A stretch of 32,000 bases of DNA from Archaeoglobus fulgidus DSM 4304. GTDB taxonomy: Archaea > Halobacteriota > Archaeoglobi > Archaeoglobales > Archaeoglobaceae. This document shows, in pieces, positions 1-9,488 of the stretch. The notes beneath the pieces were generated by a model. It was not told where the DNA came from. It ran no database searches and saw only the letters and a list, made by a program, of their open reading frames with translations. A program made the position numbers and the translations under genes. Numbering within the stretch: position 1 is the stretch's first letter; the number at the start of each line of letters is the position of its first letter. The stretch is from the NCBI RefSeq assembly GCF_000008665.1, contig NC_000917.1:1020001-1052000 (forward strand), given 5' to 3'.

Positions 1-214
1 TCTTCCTTCCCGCTATGTCTGCAATCCTGCCGAAGGGGACGGAAAACATGCCGGCTGCGAGAAGATATGCCGTGGCAATCCAGCCGAGAGTTATGGCGTC
101 AATCTGAAATTCTTTGCCTATTGCGGGCAGGGCTATGTTGGTTGAAGAGCCCATGAAGGGGGTGAGAAAGGAAGCAACACCTGATGTCAGCAGAGCTGCC
201 TTTTTCAGTTGCAT
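1..214 (-). CDS. MFS transporter, N-terminal part (gene runs off the left window edge)
   Basis: Not in the ORF track. Reverse-complement translation from the ATG at 214 gives MQLKKAALLTSGVASFLTPFMGSSTNIALPAIGKEFQIDAITLGWIATAYLLAAGMFSVPFGRIADIAGRK. This has the typical MFS (DHA2-like) TM1/TM2 and a GRxADxxGRK loop motif. Confidence 0.85.
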   Translation of the reverse strand, partial: MQLKKAALLTSGVASFLTPFMGSSTNIALPAIGKEFQIDAITLGWIATAYLLAAGMFSVPFGRIADIAGRK

Positions 215-245
215 GAGTTTGCCTTATGCGAAAAAATTTAAAAAC

Positions 246-1676
246 TTAATCCCTCTTGTAGAGCAAGTAATCCGGCTTGCCTGCCGGGATTGTGTAGTTC
301 GGCGGTAGAAGACCGAGTTTTTCAGCCTCCTTCTCCAGCCACTCCCTGTGGTCTGGATGCGCGAGATGAATCATCGCTATTGCCCTTTCCTTTACCGTAA
401 GCCCCTTCAGGTAGGCAACTCCCCACTCGGTTGCAACAACCTGAACCATGCTTCTCGGGACAGTCACCGCCGCTCCAGGAGGCAGGATGGGCTTGATCCT
501 CGACGTACCGTTGTGTGTGGAGTACATTGCGAGAATGCTGAAGCCCTGTCTGTCTCTGCTGAAAAGACAGCCCATAACGAAGTCCAACTGCCCCCCAGTC
601 CCGCTCACCTGATAGAGCTTGCCTGTTGGTGATATCAGCCCCATCTGCTCCGAGTTTATCTGGCCCATCAGGTCGGCCTCTGCGGCCTGGTTTAGGGAGA
701 ACATCTTCGGCTGCTGCGCTATGATGAAGGGGTCGTTGGTGTAGTCGACTGGGTAGGTTGCAACCTCCGGATTCCTGTCGAGGTACTCGTAGAGCTTGAG
801 AGAGCCGAGGGCGAACGTGAAAACGCTCTTCCCCCTATCGAGCCTCTTCTGGTCGTTGGTAACAACGCCCTCCTCAATCAACTCAAGCGTGCCATCGCCC
901 ATCATTTCGGTGTGCACGCCGAGGTTCTTGTACCCTCCTTCCTTGAGCATTTTAACAACCGTATCCGGCAGACCGCCAATGCCAACCTGAAGCGTTGAGC
1001 CATCCTGTATGAGCTTCCTGCCGTCCTTCGTTTCTGCGTTGAGTATGTTCTCTGCTATCATCTCATCCTCCTTCGTTGGGGGTATGCTGAATGGTATGAA
1101 CGGAACTGGCATCTCGTTGTCCTCAACGATGTAGTCAACTTCCGAGATGTGGATGCACTCGTCGTAGCCTCCATTGACCCAGGGCATATTTTCTTTGACG
1201 ACCACCACAACCTTCTCTGCAACCTCTGCCAGCGCCTTCATGTGCGAGCAGGTCAGGCCGAAGTTGAAGTAGCCGTGCTTGTCCATGGGCGTGGTGACGA
1301 GGTAGGCGATGTCTATCGGGTCGTAGTCTTTGGAGAACTCCCTGACAATTTTCGGAACGTCGTGATACAGGTTGGGCCTGAATACACACGGTCCAAGCTC
1401 CTTGCTGGTTTTTCTTACGGGTCGGTAGAGGAAGCCGCTCGACCACTCGAAGACCTCCCCATTGGGGTCGGCCTTGAGAAACTCGTAATGGGCGAGGTCT
1501 ATGAAAGTACCCACTTTAACGTTTTCAAGCTCGTCCTTTCTCTTTGCGAGGTATTTGTCTATTATGAGCGCTGTATTTGCGGCACCGCCAAGCTCGATGT
1601 GCATTCCACTCTCTACAAGCCCCGCAGCCTCTTCAGGACTGATAAGCTTTTTTTCATATTCTTCCCTGTAGTTCAT
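246..1676 (-). CDS. Acetyl-CoA hydrolase/transferase family (4-hydroxybutyrate/succinyl-CoA CoA-transferase-like)
   Basis: About 476-aa ORF (track 246..1694). It contains EYEKKLISPEEAAGLVESGMHIELGG, LQVGIGGLPDTVV, GVHTEMMGDGTLELIEEGVV and FVMGCLFSRDRQGFSILAMYST, all typical of the Cat1/AbfT family. Start probably the inner ATG (MNYREEYEKK). Confidence 0.85.
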   Translation of the reverse strand: MNYREEYEKKLISPEEAAGLVESGMHIELGGAANTALIIDKYLAKRKDELENVKVGTFIDLAHYEFLKADPNGEVFEWSSGFLYRPVRKTSKELGPCVFRPNLYHDVPKIVREFSKDYDPIDIAYLVTTPMDKHGYFNFGLTCSHMKALAEVAEKVVVVVKENMPWVNGGYDECIHISEVDYIVEDNEMPVPFIPFSIPPTKEDEMIAENILNAETKDGRKLIQDGSTLQVGIGGLPDTVVKMLKEGGYKNLGVHTEMMGDGTLELIEEGVVTNDQKRLDRGKSVFTFALGSLKLYEYLDRNPEVATYPVDYTNDPFIIAQQPKMFSLNQAAEADLMGQINSEQMGLISPTGKLYQVSGTGGQLDFVMGCLFSRDRQGFSILAMYSTHNGTSRIKPILPPGAAVTVPRSMVQVVATEWGVAYLKGLTVKERAIAMIHLAHPDHREWLEKEAEKLGLLPPNYTIPAGKPDYLLYKRD

Positions 1677-1802
1677 TCTATCACACCTCTTCATTTGAAA
1701 ATTATGGAGAATATTTAACGTTTTCTGAATTAAACATAACTCTGATTAATCCTTTAGGAAAATGGGCAGCTTAAAAATTTTATCGTATGAAATTTTAAAA
1801 AA

Positions 1803-3026
1803 TTAAGATTTGCCCCACTTCTTCGCCCAGTATTCCTTGATAACCTCAAGAGCTACCAGCTTTTCACCGCTCAGGAACCTTATGCACGCCCCTCCTGCAG
1901 TTGATATGTGGCTGAACTTGTCCGAAAGGCCGAAGAGGCGTGCTGCTGAGGCGATGTGCCCCCCGCCAACAACCGAGTAACCAGCCCTTGTCGCGGCCCT
2001 CAGAATCTCGTAAGTTCCGAGAGAGAAACGCTCATCCTCAAAAACTCCCGCAGGACCGTTCAGAACCACATAATCGTACTTCGGGATGATTTCCGAAAGC
2101 TGGTTAACGGTTTCAAGCCCAATATCCATTATTCTGTATTTCCCATCAAACTTCTCCAATGGGATATCTACCCTGACACCGTCTTTCTCTATACCGAGGT
2201 CAATGGGAAGGATAATTTTGTCGGAGTACTTCTTGAGTATGTTTATCATCTCCTCGTCGCTCACGTCTTCCTTGTTGTCCTCCACAACCTTTCTGTTCAC
2301 TTCACCTATATCGTAACCTTTCAGCATGAGAAAGTAGTTGGCAACTACACCCGTGAGAACGACTTTTTCCGCAATGTTGTTTTCCAGCACGTTTTTTAGA
2401 ACTTTCACCGAGTCCTTGATTTTAGCTCCGCCCAGGACAAATATCTTTCTCCCCTCCCCCTTGAGGGGTTTGCTGAGGGCGGTAACCTCATTTTCGACGA
2501 GCCTTCCCACGACGGATGGCAGAACCGGAACGAAGCCGACCAAAGATGCGTGGCTTCGATGGGATGCGGAGAAGGCGTCGTTGACAAAGAGGTCAAAGGC
2601 TGTGCTGAGTTTCCTGACCATGTGGCACTCGGCATGCTCCTCAGCGCTTCTGTTCAACTGCTCCTCGGAGTAGAACCTCACGTTCTCGAGCAAAATTACC
2701 TCACCGTTCTCCATCTCCTTTATTCTTCTCAGAACGCCTTTGCTGAAAATTTCGTCTATGTACTCGACTCTCTTCCCGAGCAGTTTGGAAAGTGTGGATG
2801 CGTGGCTTTCGAGACTCGTGAAGTCCTTCTTTCCGGGTCGGCTCTGGTGTGCGAGCAAAACGAGCTTTGAGTCTTCAAGAGCCTCAATTGTCGGAATGTG
2901 GCTCTCGAATCTGCTCGTGTCGAGAATCGTTGAGTTCACAATAGGAGCGTTGATGTCAACCCTCAGCAGAACGTGCTTTCCTCTGTACGGAATATCGTCT
3001 AGTGTTGGAAGGCCGTCTATCATCAC
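1803..3026 (-). CDS. pgk: Phosphoglycerate kinase
   Basis: 407-aa ORF with HVLLRVDINAPI, VLLAHQSRPGKKDFTSLESHA, GEVILLENVRFYSEE, VFVLGGAKIKD-like (KIFVLGGAKIKDSVKVL) and NGPAGVFED. Archaeal PGK signatures. Confidence 0.97.
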   Translation of the reverse strand: MMIDGLPTLDDIPYRGKHVLLRVDINAPIVNSTILDTSRFESHIPTIEALEDSKLVLLAHQSRPGKKDFTSLESHASTLSKLLGKRVEYIDEIFSKGVLRRIKEMENGEVILLENVRFYSEEQLNRSAEEHAECHMVRKLSTAFDLFVNDAFSASHRSHASLVGFVPVLPSVVGRLVENEVTALSKPLKGEGRKIFVLGGAKIKDSVKVLKNVLENNIAEKVVLTGVVANYFLMLKGYDIGEVNRKVVEDNKEDVSDEEMINILKKYSDKIILPIDLGIEKDGVRVDIPLEKFDGKYRIMDIGLETVNQLSEIIPKYDYVVLNGPAGVFEDERFSLGTYEILRAATRAGYSVVGGGHIASAARLFGLSDKFSHISTAGGACIRFLSGEKLVALEVIKEYWAKKWGKS

Positions 3027-3091
3027 TTCAATTCGGAAGGTGAAATTAAAAACTTTCTGAAAATTTTAATTTACCTGCTCAGAATTGGTTC

Positions 3092-4231
3092 ATGGAAATA
3101 ACGGACATTGGCGGTGTCCTCTGCAACGGAATAAAGGAGGGAAAATACGGCCTTGGACTCGTTAGGGTTAGAGGAAGTATTGCAGGAGTTTTCACGCAGA
3201 ACAAAATCCGGGCTGCTCCGGTTATCGTTTGCGAGGAGAACATCAGGGATGGGGTTGTGGAGGGTGTGATTGTGAACAGCGGAAATGCAAATGCCTACAC
3301 CGGGGAGCAGGGGATGAGAGACGCGAGGGAGATGTGCAGAATCGCTGCAAATCTTCTTGGATGTGAGGAGAGGAGAGTTGCGGTCGCCTCTACCGGCGTA
3401 ATCGGAAGAAAGCTGGACATGGAGTGGATAAGAAAAAAAGCACCGGAGGTTTACTCAGGTCTCGGAAATTCGGTGGAGAATGCAGAGAGGTTCGGAAGGG
3501 CGATTGTAACCACGGACAGATTCGTCAAGAAGGCCTACTCAGAGAAGGCGAGGATTGCTGCTGTTGCAAAGGGGGCGGGAATGATTGCACCGAATATGGC
3601 TACAATGCTCTGCTTTGCCTTCACCTCCGCAAAATTTGACAGCGGAGAGCTTTACGATATGCTGAGAAGGGCAGCCGATAAAACCTTCAACAGACTTACG
3701 GTTGACGGGGATACCTCAACCAACGATACCGTTTTGCTGATTTCAACCGGCAAGGAGAGGGTGGAGAGAGATGTTTTCGAGGAGGAGCTTTGCTCGGTCT
3801 TTTACAGCATCGCAAAGCAGATGGCGAGAGATGGAGAGGGGGCGACGAAGGTTTTCGAAGTCAGGGTTGACGGAGCGAGAAATGATGAGGATGCGAATCT
3901 GATAGCCAGAGCTGTTGCAAGCTCGCTGCTTGTTAAGACGGCAATATTCGGCTGCGACCCCAACTGGGGGAGAATTATTGCTGCTGCCGGCTACAGCGGG
4001 GCAGATGTGGATGAGAGAATAACTCTTAGCCTCTCAGACGGGAGGGATGAAGTCTTTCTAATCGATTCCGGAAGGCCTTTGGGGAACGAAGAGCGGGCGA
4101 GAGTGTTGATGGAGAAAGCAGAGGAGCTTGTAATCAGGCTGAGGCTTGAAAAAGGTAATGGAAAGGGCTTTGCCATCGGCTGCGACCTAACCTACGATTA
4201 CGTGAAGCTGAATGCCGAGTACACAACTTAG
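3092..4231 (+). CDS. argJ: Glutamate N-acetyltransferase / amino-acid acetyltransferase ArgJ
   Basis: 379-aa ORF with GVFTQNKIRAAPV, VNSGNANAYTG, KGAGMIAPNMATMLCFAFT (self-cleavage site region) and GDTSTNDTV. Confidence 0.96.
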   Translation: MEITDIGGVLCNGIKEGKYGLGLVRVRGSIAGVFTQNKIRAAPVIVCEENIRDGVVEGVIVNSGNANAYTGEQGMRDAREMCRIAANLLGCEERRVAVASTGVIGRKLDMEWIRKKAPEVYSGLGNSVENAERFGRAIVTTDRFVKKAYSEKARIAAVAKGAGMIAPNMATMLCFAFTSAKFDSGELYDMLRRAADKTFNRLTVDGDTSTNDTVLLISTGKERVERDVFEEELCSVFYSIAKQMARDGEGATKVFEVRVDGARNDEDANLIARAVASSLLVKTAIFGCDPNWGRIIAAAGYSGADVDERITLSLSDGRDEVFLIDSGRPLGNEERARVLMEKAEELVIRLRLEKGNGKGFAIGCDLTYDYVKLNAEYTT

Positions 4232-4677
4232 AGGTCTATCAGGTGCGTCTCCTTAACCACATTCAGCACGAGCATTGTGTATGTCTTGAGTACCTTGTCC
4301 ATCCCCGCTATTCTTTTTACAAAGGCGTTCAGGCTGTCCCTATCCTTGAACTTGGCCACAACGATAATGTCGTAGTCACCTGTAACGTCGTAAACGGCTG
4401 TCACGTTTCTCTCCTTCGCAATCTCCTTCTCAATCTCCGTCAGGTAACCACCCTCTGCGGTAATGCCTATTATCGCTATGAGGTCGTATCCCAGCATTGA
4501 GTAGTCAACGACGGGAATGAACTTCTTGATAAGCCCGATTTTTCTCATCTTGTTTATTCTGTTGTAAACCGTCCCCTCGGCCACTCCTACCTTTTCTGAA
4601 ATTTCCTTCAAGCTTTTGCGGGCATCATCCTGCAATTCTCTCAAAATTTTGATGTCAACCTCATCAATCTTTACCAT
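4228..4677 (-). CDS. Lrp/AsnC family transcriptional regulator
   Basis: 149 aa with VDIKILRELQDDARKSLKEISEKVGVAEGTVYNRINKMRKIGLIKKF (HTH) and a C-terminal RAM-like domain (GDYDIIVVAKFKDRDSLNAFVKR). Confidence 0.95.
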   Translation of the reverse strand: MVKIDEVDIKILRELQDDARKSLKEISEKVGVAEGTVYNRINKMRKIGLIKKFIPVVDYSMLGYDLIAIIGITAEGGYLTEIEKEIAKERNVTAVYDVTGDYDIIVVAKFKDRDSLNAFVKRIAGMDKVLKTYTMLVLNVVKETHLIDL

Positions 4678-4782
4678 TGAACTCCATTATTTGAAGAATT
4701 TTTAAGGTTTTTGCAGGTTGAAGCTGAGCGCGAAACTGAAGGCAAAAGCTTTAATCACCTCCCCGCCAACATAGCCTTTACG

Positions 4783-7461
4783 ATGCTGAATCAAAGGCTC
4801 AGAGAGGCTTTGAGTGCTGCGGGAATTGAGGAGCTGACCGAGCTGCAGTTAGAGGCCTTCAGGAAGATTTTGAGCGGTAAGGACGTGCTAATCATCGCTC
4901 CAACGGGAAGCGGGAAAACGGAGGCTGCAATAATCCCCATTTTCGAGGCAATGCTAAAAATGGAGAAGCCCGAGGGAATCGTTGCCATTTACATTACACC
5001 TCTAAGAGCTTTGAACAGGGACATGCTGAGGAGGATTAGGGGGATTGCCGAGTTTCTTGGCATAAGGGTTGACGTCAGGCACGGCGATACTCCAGATTCC
5101 CAGAGGGCGAGGCAGTCCCGAAAGCCCCCGCACCTTTTAATCACCACTCCAGAAACCTTCCAGATTCTTTTCCTCGGAAAAAACCTGAGGAAGGCTTTGA
5201 AGAACGTGAGGTATGTGGTGGTTGACGAGATTCACGAGCTAATTGACAGCGAGAGGGGAGTGCAGCTTAGCGTTGCCCTTGAAAGGCTGAGGGAGATGGC
5301 AAGGTTTCAGACCATTGGCCTCTCAGCAACTGTAAGCAGGCCCAAGCTTGTTTCAAGGTTCGTTGGGGCTGATGCGGAAGTTCTGGAGTGGAAGGCTGAG
5401 AAGGAGTACGAAATTGAGGTTGTAAAGCCTGAGGTTGATGAGAAGCTTGCAGCAAAGCTTGGCGTTGATGCGGAGATTGCCGGAGAGCTGAAGTTTATTG
5501 CTGATGCGGTGAAGGAACACGGTTCTGCTTTAATCTTCGTCAACACACGCCAGACGGCTGAAGCACTGGGAATCAAGCTCAAAAAGCTGATTGATGTGGA
5601 GGTGCATCACGGCAGCCTTTCGAGGGAAACGAGGGTAGAGGCTGAGGAGAGGTTCGCCAAGGGCGAGCTTGATGCTCTAATCTGCACTTCCTCAATGGAG
5701 CTTGGGATTGACATTGGCCACGTAAATCTTGTTGTGCAGTACAACAGTCCGAGGCAGGCTGTAAGGCTCGTGCAGAGAGTAGGACGGAGCGGTCACGGAT
5801 TGGGGAGAGTTTCGAAGGGCTACGTTGTTGCGAGCAGCTTCGACGACATTCTTGAGTCCGCTGTAATTGTCAGAAGGGCCAAGGAGGGATTGCTGGAGGA
5901 TGCGGAGATTCACTTCAAAAGTTTTGACGTGCTGGCGAATCAGATATGCGCTCTCGCCCTCGAATACGGCAGAATTGATGCTGAAAAGGCCCACAGGATA
6001 GTGAAGAGAGCTTTTCCCTACCGCAATCTGACTTTTGAGGAGTTTGATGAGGTTTGCAACTTCCTCGCCCGGATCGGGAAGATTTTCTACGACGAGGGGG
6101 AGATTGGTGCGAGGAGAAACACGAGGAGGTACTTCTACGAGAACATATCGATGATTCCCGACGAGAAGCACTACAGGGTTGTTGATGTTTCAAGCGGAAA
6201 AACCATAGGCTCCCTCGACGAGAGCTTTCTCTCCACCTTCAGCGGGGAGATTTTTGCGATGAAAGGAGAGCTCTGGAGAGTTCTGAGCGTTGATGAGGTC
6301 GTGAGGGTTGAGCCAGTATCTGCTGAAGGAGAGATACCTTCATGGGTGGGGGAGGAGATTCCCGTCCCCTTTGAGGTTGCTCAGGAAGTCGGAATGCTGA
6401 GAAACTGGTTAGCCGGGCTGATAAAGGCGAAGGGGGAGAAGGCAGCGTTGAAGGCTCTGGGAGCTAAGGGAGATGTCAGTGTGGTGGTTAAAACACTGAG
6501 GGAGCAGATTGAGAAGGGCTTTGCAGTCCCCTATGACAGCCACATTACCATTGAGGGCTCGGAGAATGTTGTTGTGGTTAACGCATGCTTCGGTCACAAG
6601 GTGAACGAGACCCTCGGCAGAATTCTCGCTTTACTTTTAACCGCAAGAAGGGGAAGCAGTGTGGCGGTTGAGATCGACCCCTACAGAATCAAGCTCAGTC
6701 CAGCAAAACCCGAAGAGGTGGAGAGCATACTTAAAAGCATTCAGCCCGAAGCGGTTGAGAGTTTAGCTGAAAGAGCTGTTTTTGACACGAGGCTGATGCA
6801 GTGGAAGGTTGTCAACGCTGCCAGAAAATTCGGATTCCTGTCCAAGGAGGACGAGCTGAGCAGGATTAACGTTAGAAGCCTCGTGGTGAAGCTGAAGGAT
6901 ACGCCCATCTACAGAGAGGCTTTGAGGGAGATTTTCGTTGAGAAGATGGATGTCGAGAGAACGGCAGAAGTTGTGGAGAAAATCTCCAGCGGGGAGATTG
7001 AAGTTTCTGTTTACAATGAACTCAGTCCAATAAGCCTTGCAGCGAGACAGAGGGCCATGGACATTCTTGCCGTCAAGTCCAGCGAGGCCATCCTCAGAGC
7101 CTTCAGGGAGAGGCTTGAAAAAGAGGTGGTGAGGGTTTACTGCCTGAACTGCAGGGCCTGCTACACGGAGAGAGTTGAGAGCTTTGAGAGGTTCACATGC
7201 ATAAAGTGCGGCTCGAAAATGATTGCCGTCTTCAACTCAAGAAGAAAGCCCGAGGAGTTCAGGGAAAGAGAGCTTTTCAAGCTGGCCAACCTCGTCATGG
7301 CTCACGGAAAGAGAGCTGTTTACGCTCTCTCAACTTTCGGAATAGGGGCTGACACAGCTGCAAGGCTTCTTTCGAGGTATTATCTGGAGGAAGATGACTT
7401 CTTTAAGGCTTTAATTGAGGCTGAGAGGAACTACATTCGAACGAGGAGGTTCTGGGATTGA
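4783..7461 (+). CDS. lhr: Large helicase-related protein (Lhr-type superfamily 2 DEAD/DEAH helicase) with C-terminal Cys4 zinc motif
   Basis: Track ORF 4711..7461. Contains APTGSGKTEAAI (motif I), LRALNRD (Ia), TPETFQIL, VDEIHELIDSERG (II), LSATV (III), SSMELGIDIGHVNLVVQYNSPRQAVRLVQRVGRSG (V/VI), and YCLNCRACYTERVESFERFTCIKCGSKMIAVF zinc finger. ATG at 4783 (MLNQRLREAL) fits better than the upstream TTG at 4711. Confidence 0.93.
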   Translation: MLNQRLREALSAAGIEELTELQLEAFRKILSGKDVLIIAPTGSGKTEAAIIPIFEAMLKMEKPEGIVAIYITPLRALNRDMLRRIRGIAEFLGIRVDVRHGDTPDSQRARQSRKPPHLLITTPETFQILFLGKNLRKALKNVRYVVVDEIHELIDSERGVQLSVALERLREMARFQTIGLSATVSRPKLVSRFVGADAEVLEWKAEKEYEIEVVKPEVDEKLAAKLGVDAEIAGELKFIADAVKEHGSALIFVNTRQTAEALGIKLKKLIDVEVHHGSLSRETRVEAEERFAKGELDALICTSSMELGIDIGHVNLVVQYNSPRQAVRLVQRVGRSGHGLGRVSKGYVVASSFDDILESAVIVRRAKEGLLEDAEIHFKSFDVLANQICALALEYGRIDAEKAHRIVKRAFPYRNLTFEEFDEVCNFLARIGKIFYDEGEIGARRNTRRYFYENISMIPDEKHYRVVDVSSGKTIGSLDESFLSTFSGEIFAMKGELWRVLSVDEVVRVEPVSAEGEIPSWVGEEIPVPFEVAQEVGMLRNWLAGLIKAKGEKAALKALGAKGDVSVVVKTLREQIEKGFAVPYDSHITIEGSENVVVVNACFGHKVNETLGRILALLLTARRGSSVAVEIDPYRIKLSPAKPEEVESILKSIQPEAVESLAERAVFDTRLMQWKVVNAARKFGFLSKEDELSRINVRSLVVKLKDTPIYREALREIFVEKMDVERTAEVVEKISSGEIEVSVYNELSPISLAARQRAMDILAVKSSEAILRAFRERLEKEVVRVYCLNCRACYTERVESFERFTCIKCGSKMIAVFNSRRKPEEFRERELFKLANLVMAHGKRAVYALSTFGIGADTAARLLSRYYLEEDDFFKALIEAERNYIRTRRFWD

Positions 7462-7490
7462 TTTATAAGCAGGTTTGCCGAATGGGGATG

Positions 7491-7718
7491 ATGAACAGGG
7501 CAGAGATTGTCATTGAGGGTTGCAGCCCTGATGTGGCCAAATCAATCCAGCCAGAAATCGAAACCTCAATAAGTCGGGCAAAGCTTTATCAATCTGGCGA
7601 AAGGTTGGGATTAGAAATTGAGGCTGAAGACGTCTCAGATTTGAGAGCGGCGATAAATTCGTGGTTAAGGCTGATTAAGATGTGTGTAGAGGTTGAAGAG
7701 GTGTTGAAAAATGGGTGA
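7491..7718 (+). CDS. KEOPS complex Pcc1-like subunit
   Basis: Track ORF 7458..7718. Sequence NRAEIVIEGCSPDVAKSIQPEIETSISRAKLYQSGERLGLEIEAEDVSDLRAAINSWLRLIKMCVEVEEVL matches the small archaeal Pcc1 pattern (E..D...LRAA.NS.LR). Confidence 0.8.
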   Translation: MNRAEIVIEGCSPDVAKSIQPEIETSISRAKLYQSGERLGLEIEAEDVSDLRAAINSWLRLIKMCVEVEEVLKNG

Positions 7719-8061
7719 ACTCCCTCCGCAGGTTCAGAATCTGGTTGCGCAGCTTCAGCAGCTTCAGCAGCAGCTGCAGGCAGTAATCACTCAGAGGGCT
7801 CAGGTAGAGGCGTTGCTGAGAGACACGGAGCAGGCACTGGAGGAGCTTCAGAAGGTCGATGATGAAACACCGGTCTACAAGGCTGTTGGAAACATTCTGG
7901 TTAAGGAGAAGAAGGAGGACGTGATTAAGGAGCTTACAGAGAAAAAGGAGACCTACGAGATAAGGATAAAGACTCTGCAAAGGCAGGAGGAAAAGCTCAG
8001 GGAGAGGTTCGCTGAGACACAGCAGAAGCTCCAGAACCTGCTCAGTCCTCAGGCAGGATAA
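7711..8061 (+). CDS. pfdB: Prefoldin subunit beta
   Basis: 116 aa with VQNLVAQLQQLQQQLQAVITQRAQVEALLRDTEQALEEL...VYKAVGNILVKEKKEDVIKELTEKKETYEIRIKTLQRQEEKLRERFAETQQKLQNLL. Confidence 0.96.
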   Translation: MGELPPQVQNLVAQLQQLQQQLQAVITQRAQVEALLRDTEQALEELQKVDDETPVYKAVGNILVKEKKEDVIKELTEKKETYEIRIKTLQRQEEKLRERFAETQQKLQNLLSPQAG

Positions 8062-8368
8062 CGCTGAGGATTTCCTCAAGCAATTTTTTATCGATTTCCC
8101 TGCTTATTCTCAGGAATTTTCCCTCGAAGGCAATGAATCCCCTCTCGAACCGCCATGCGGTCTTGAAGGGGTGCAGCTTGACCTTTGAAGCACCAAATTT
8201 CTCAAGACTGACGGGCTTAACATCTTTGTCGAGCCTTACGGTGAAGGAGAGGTCATCTCCCACAGCTACGACGTTCTCGTAGATTTTTCTCATCTCACTC
8301 TGCAATTCCCACGGCTTCCAGTCCCTCTCGTTGGCCTTTTCGTAGAGCTTCAGAATTGTTTGCCTCAT
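8042..8368 (-). CDS. Conserved hypothetical protein, 108 aa, convergent with prefoldin beta
   Basis: ORF with a plausible start and coding-like composition. 3' end overlaps the prefoldin beta 3' end by about 20 nt. I recognise no domain. Confidence 0.6.
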   Translation of the reverse strand: MRQTILKLYEKANERDWKPWELQSEMRKIYENVVAVGDDLSFTVRLDKDVKPVSLEKFGASKVKLHPFKTAWRFERGFIAFEGKFLRISREIDKKLLEEILSVILPED

Positions 8369-8414
8369 GTAGCCACTGCCACAGCAGTTTTAAAGCCCTT
8401 TTCCAATTTTCTCT

Positions 8415-9488
8415 GTGAACCTCTGCAGGGAGTGCTATGGCATCATCGGCGAAGGTGTGGTTGCAGAGAAATGCGAGGCGTGCTGCAACGCCTTCGACAG
8501 AGTTGAGGAGTTTGCCGAGGAGATTGTGAAAAAGATGTCAGAGTACGAATTCGAGACATTCAACGTTGGGAGCAGGGTTTGGGGCAGTTTGAAAGCCCTG
8601 CAAGAATATCTGTCGCTGAAGGGGATTGAGTACGAGATAAAGCAGAGGTTCAACACAAAGCTTGCCAGAGCCATCGAAGAGAAAACTGGAAGTAAAAGAA
8701 CCCTTAATCCAGACATAACCGTTCTGTTCGACCTCGAAACCTTCACCTTTGAGCTTCAGATAAGGCCCGTTTTCATCTACGGAAGATACCTGAAGAGGGT
8801 CAGGAACATCTCGCAGACGAGGTGGCTGTGCGGGTATTGCAATGGAGAAGGCTGTGAAGTATGCAACTTCACCGGGAAGAAGTACGTTTCATCGGTTGAG
8901 GAGCTAATTGCCATGCCCGCTGTCAGGCTTTTCAAAGCGAGAGATGCAAAGCTCCACGGTGCTGGAAGGGAGGACGTTGATGCGAGAATGCTTGGAACTG
9001 GCAGACCCTTTGTGCTTGAGGTAATCGAGCCAAGAAAGAGGTTTGTTGACCTGAAGGAGCTTGAAGAGGCTATAAATTCCCAGAAGTGGGTTGCTGTTAG
9101 GGATCTTGAGTACACAGATGCTGAGAAGGTCAGAGAGGTGAAAACGGAGAGGCACAGAAAGACCTACAGGGCGAAGGTCGTTTTTGAGGAGAAGGTTGAG
9201 AGGGAAAGGCTAATTGAGGCCCTTGAAAGCCTTAAGGGAGAGATAAGGCAGAGAACTCCCATGAGAGTTTCGCACAGAAGGGCGGACAGGGTTAGGGTGA
9301 GAAGGCTTTACGATGCAAGGTTGATTCACCACACCGGCAGGGTTGCGGTGGTGGAGTTTGAGGCCGAGGCGGGGCTCTACATCAAGGAGCTTGTCAGCGG
9401 GGATAACGGAAGAACAAGGCCGAGTCTGGCAGAAAAAGTTGGAGTAAATGCGAGAGTTGACAGGTTGGATGTGATAGCTGTCAGCTGA
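8415..9488 (+). CDS. pus10: tRNA pseudouridine synthase Pus10
   Basis: 357 aa with N-terminal CxxC pairs (CRECYG...CEACC), RTLNPDITVLFDLETFTFELQIRPVFIYGRYLKRVRNISQTRWLC, EDVDARMLGTGRPFVLEVIEPRKR and C-terminal LIHHTGRVAVVEFEAEAGLYIKELVSGDNGRTRPSLAE. Confidence 0.95.
   Translation: MNLCRECYGIIGEGVVAEKCEACCNAFDRVEEFAEEIVKKMSEYEFETFNVGSRVWGSLKALQEYLSLKGIEYEIKQRFNTKLARAIEEKTGSKRTLNPDITVLFDLETFTFELQIRPVFIYGRYLKRVRNISQTRWLCGYCNGEGCEVCNFTGKKYVSSVEELIAMPAVRLFKARDAKLHGAGREDVDARMLGTGRPFVLEVIEPRKRFVDLKELEEAINSQKWVAVRDLEYTDAEKVREVKTERHRKTYRAKVVFEEKVERERLIEALESLKGEIRQRTPMRVSHRRADRVRVRRLYDARLIHHTGRVAVVEFEAEAGLYIKELVSGDNGRTRPSLAEKVGVNARVDRLDVIAVS

Noticed and set aside
114-308. + strand 64-aa ORF at the left end
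   Set aside because: The region 1-214 is better explained by the minus-strand MFS transporter N-terminus.
2338-3060. Several + strand ORFs (111, 106, 106 aa) over pgk
   Set aside because: Antisense shadows of phosphoglycerate kinase with no family motifs.
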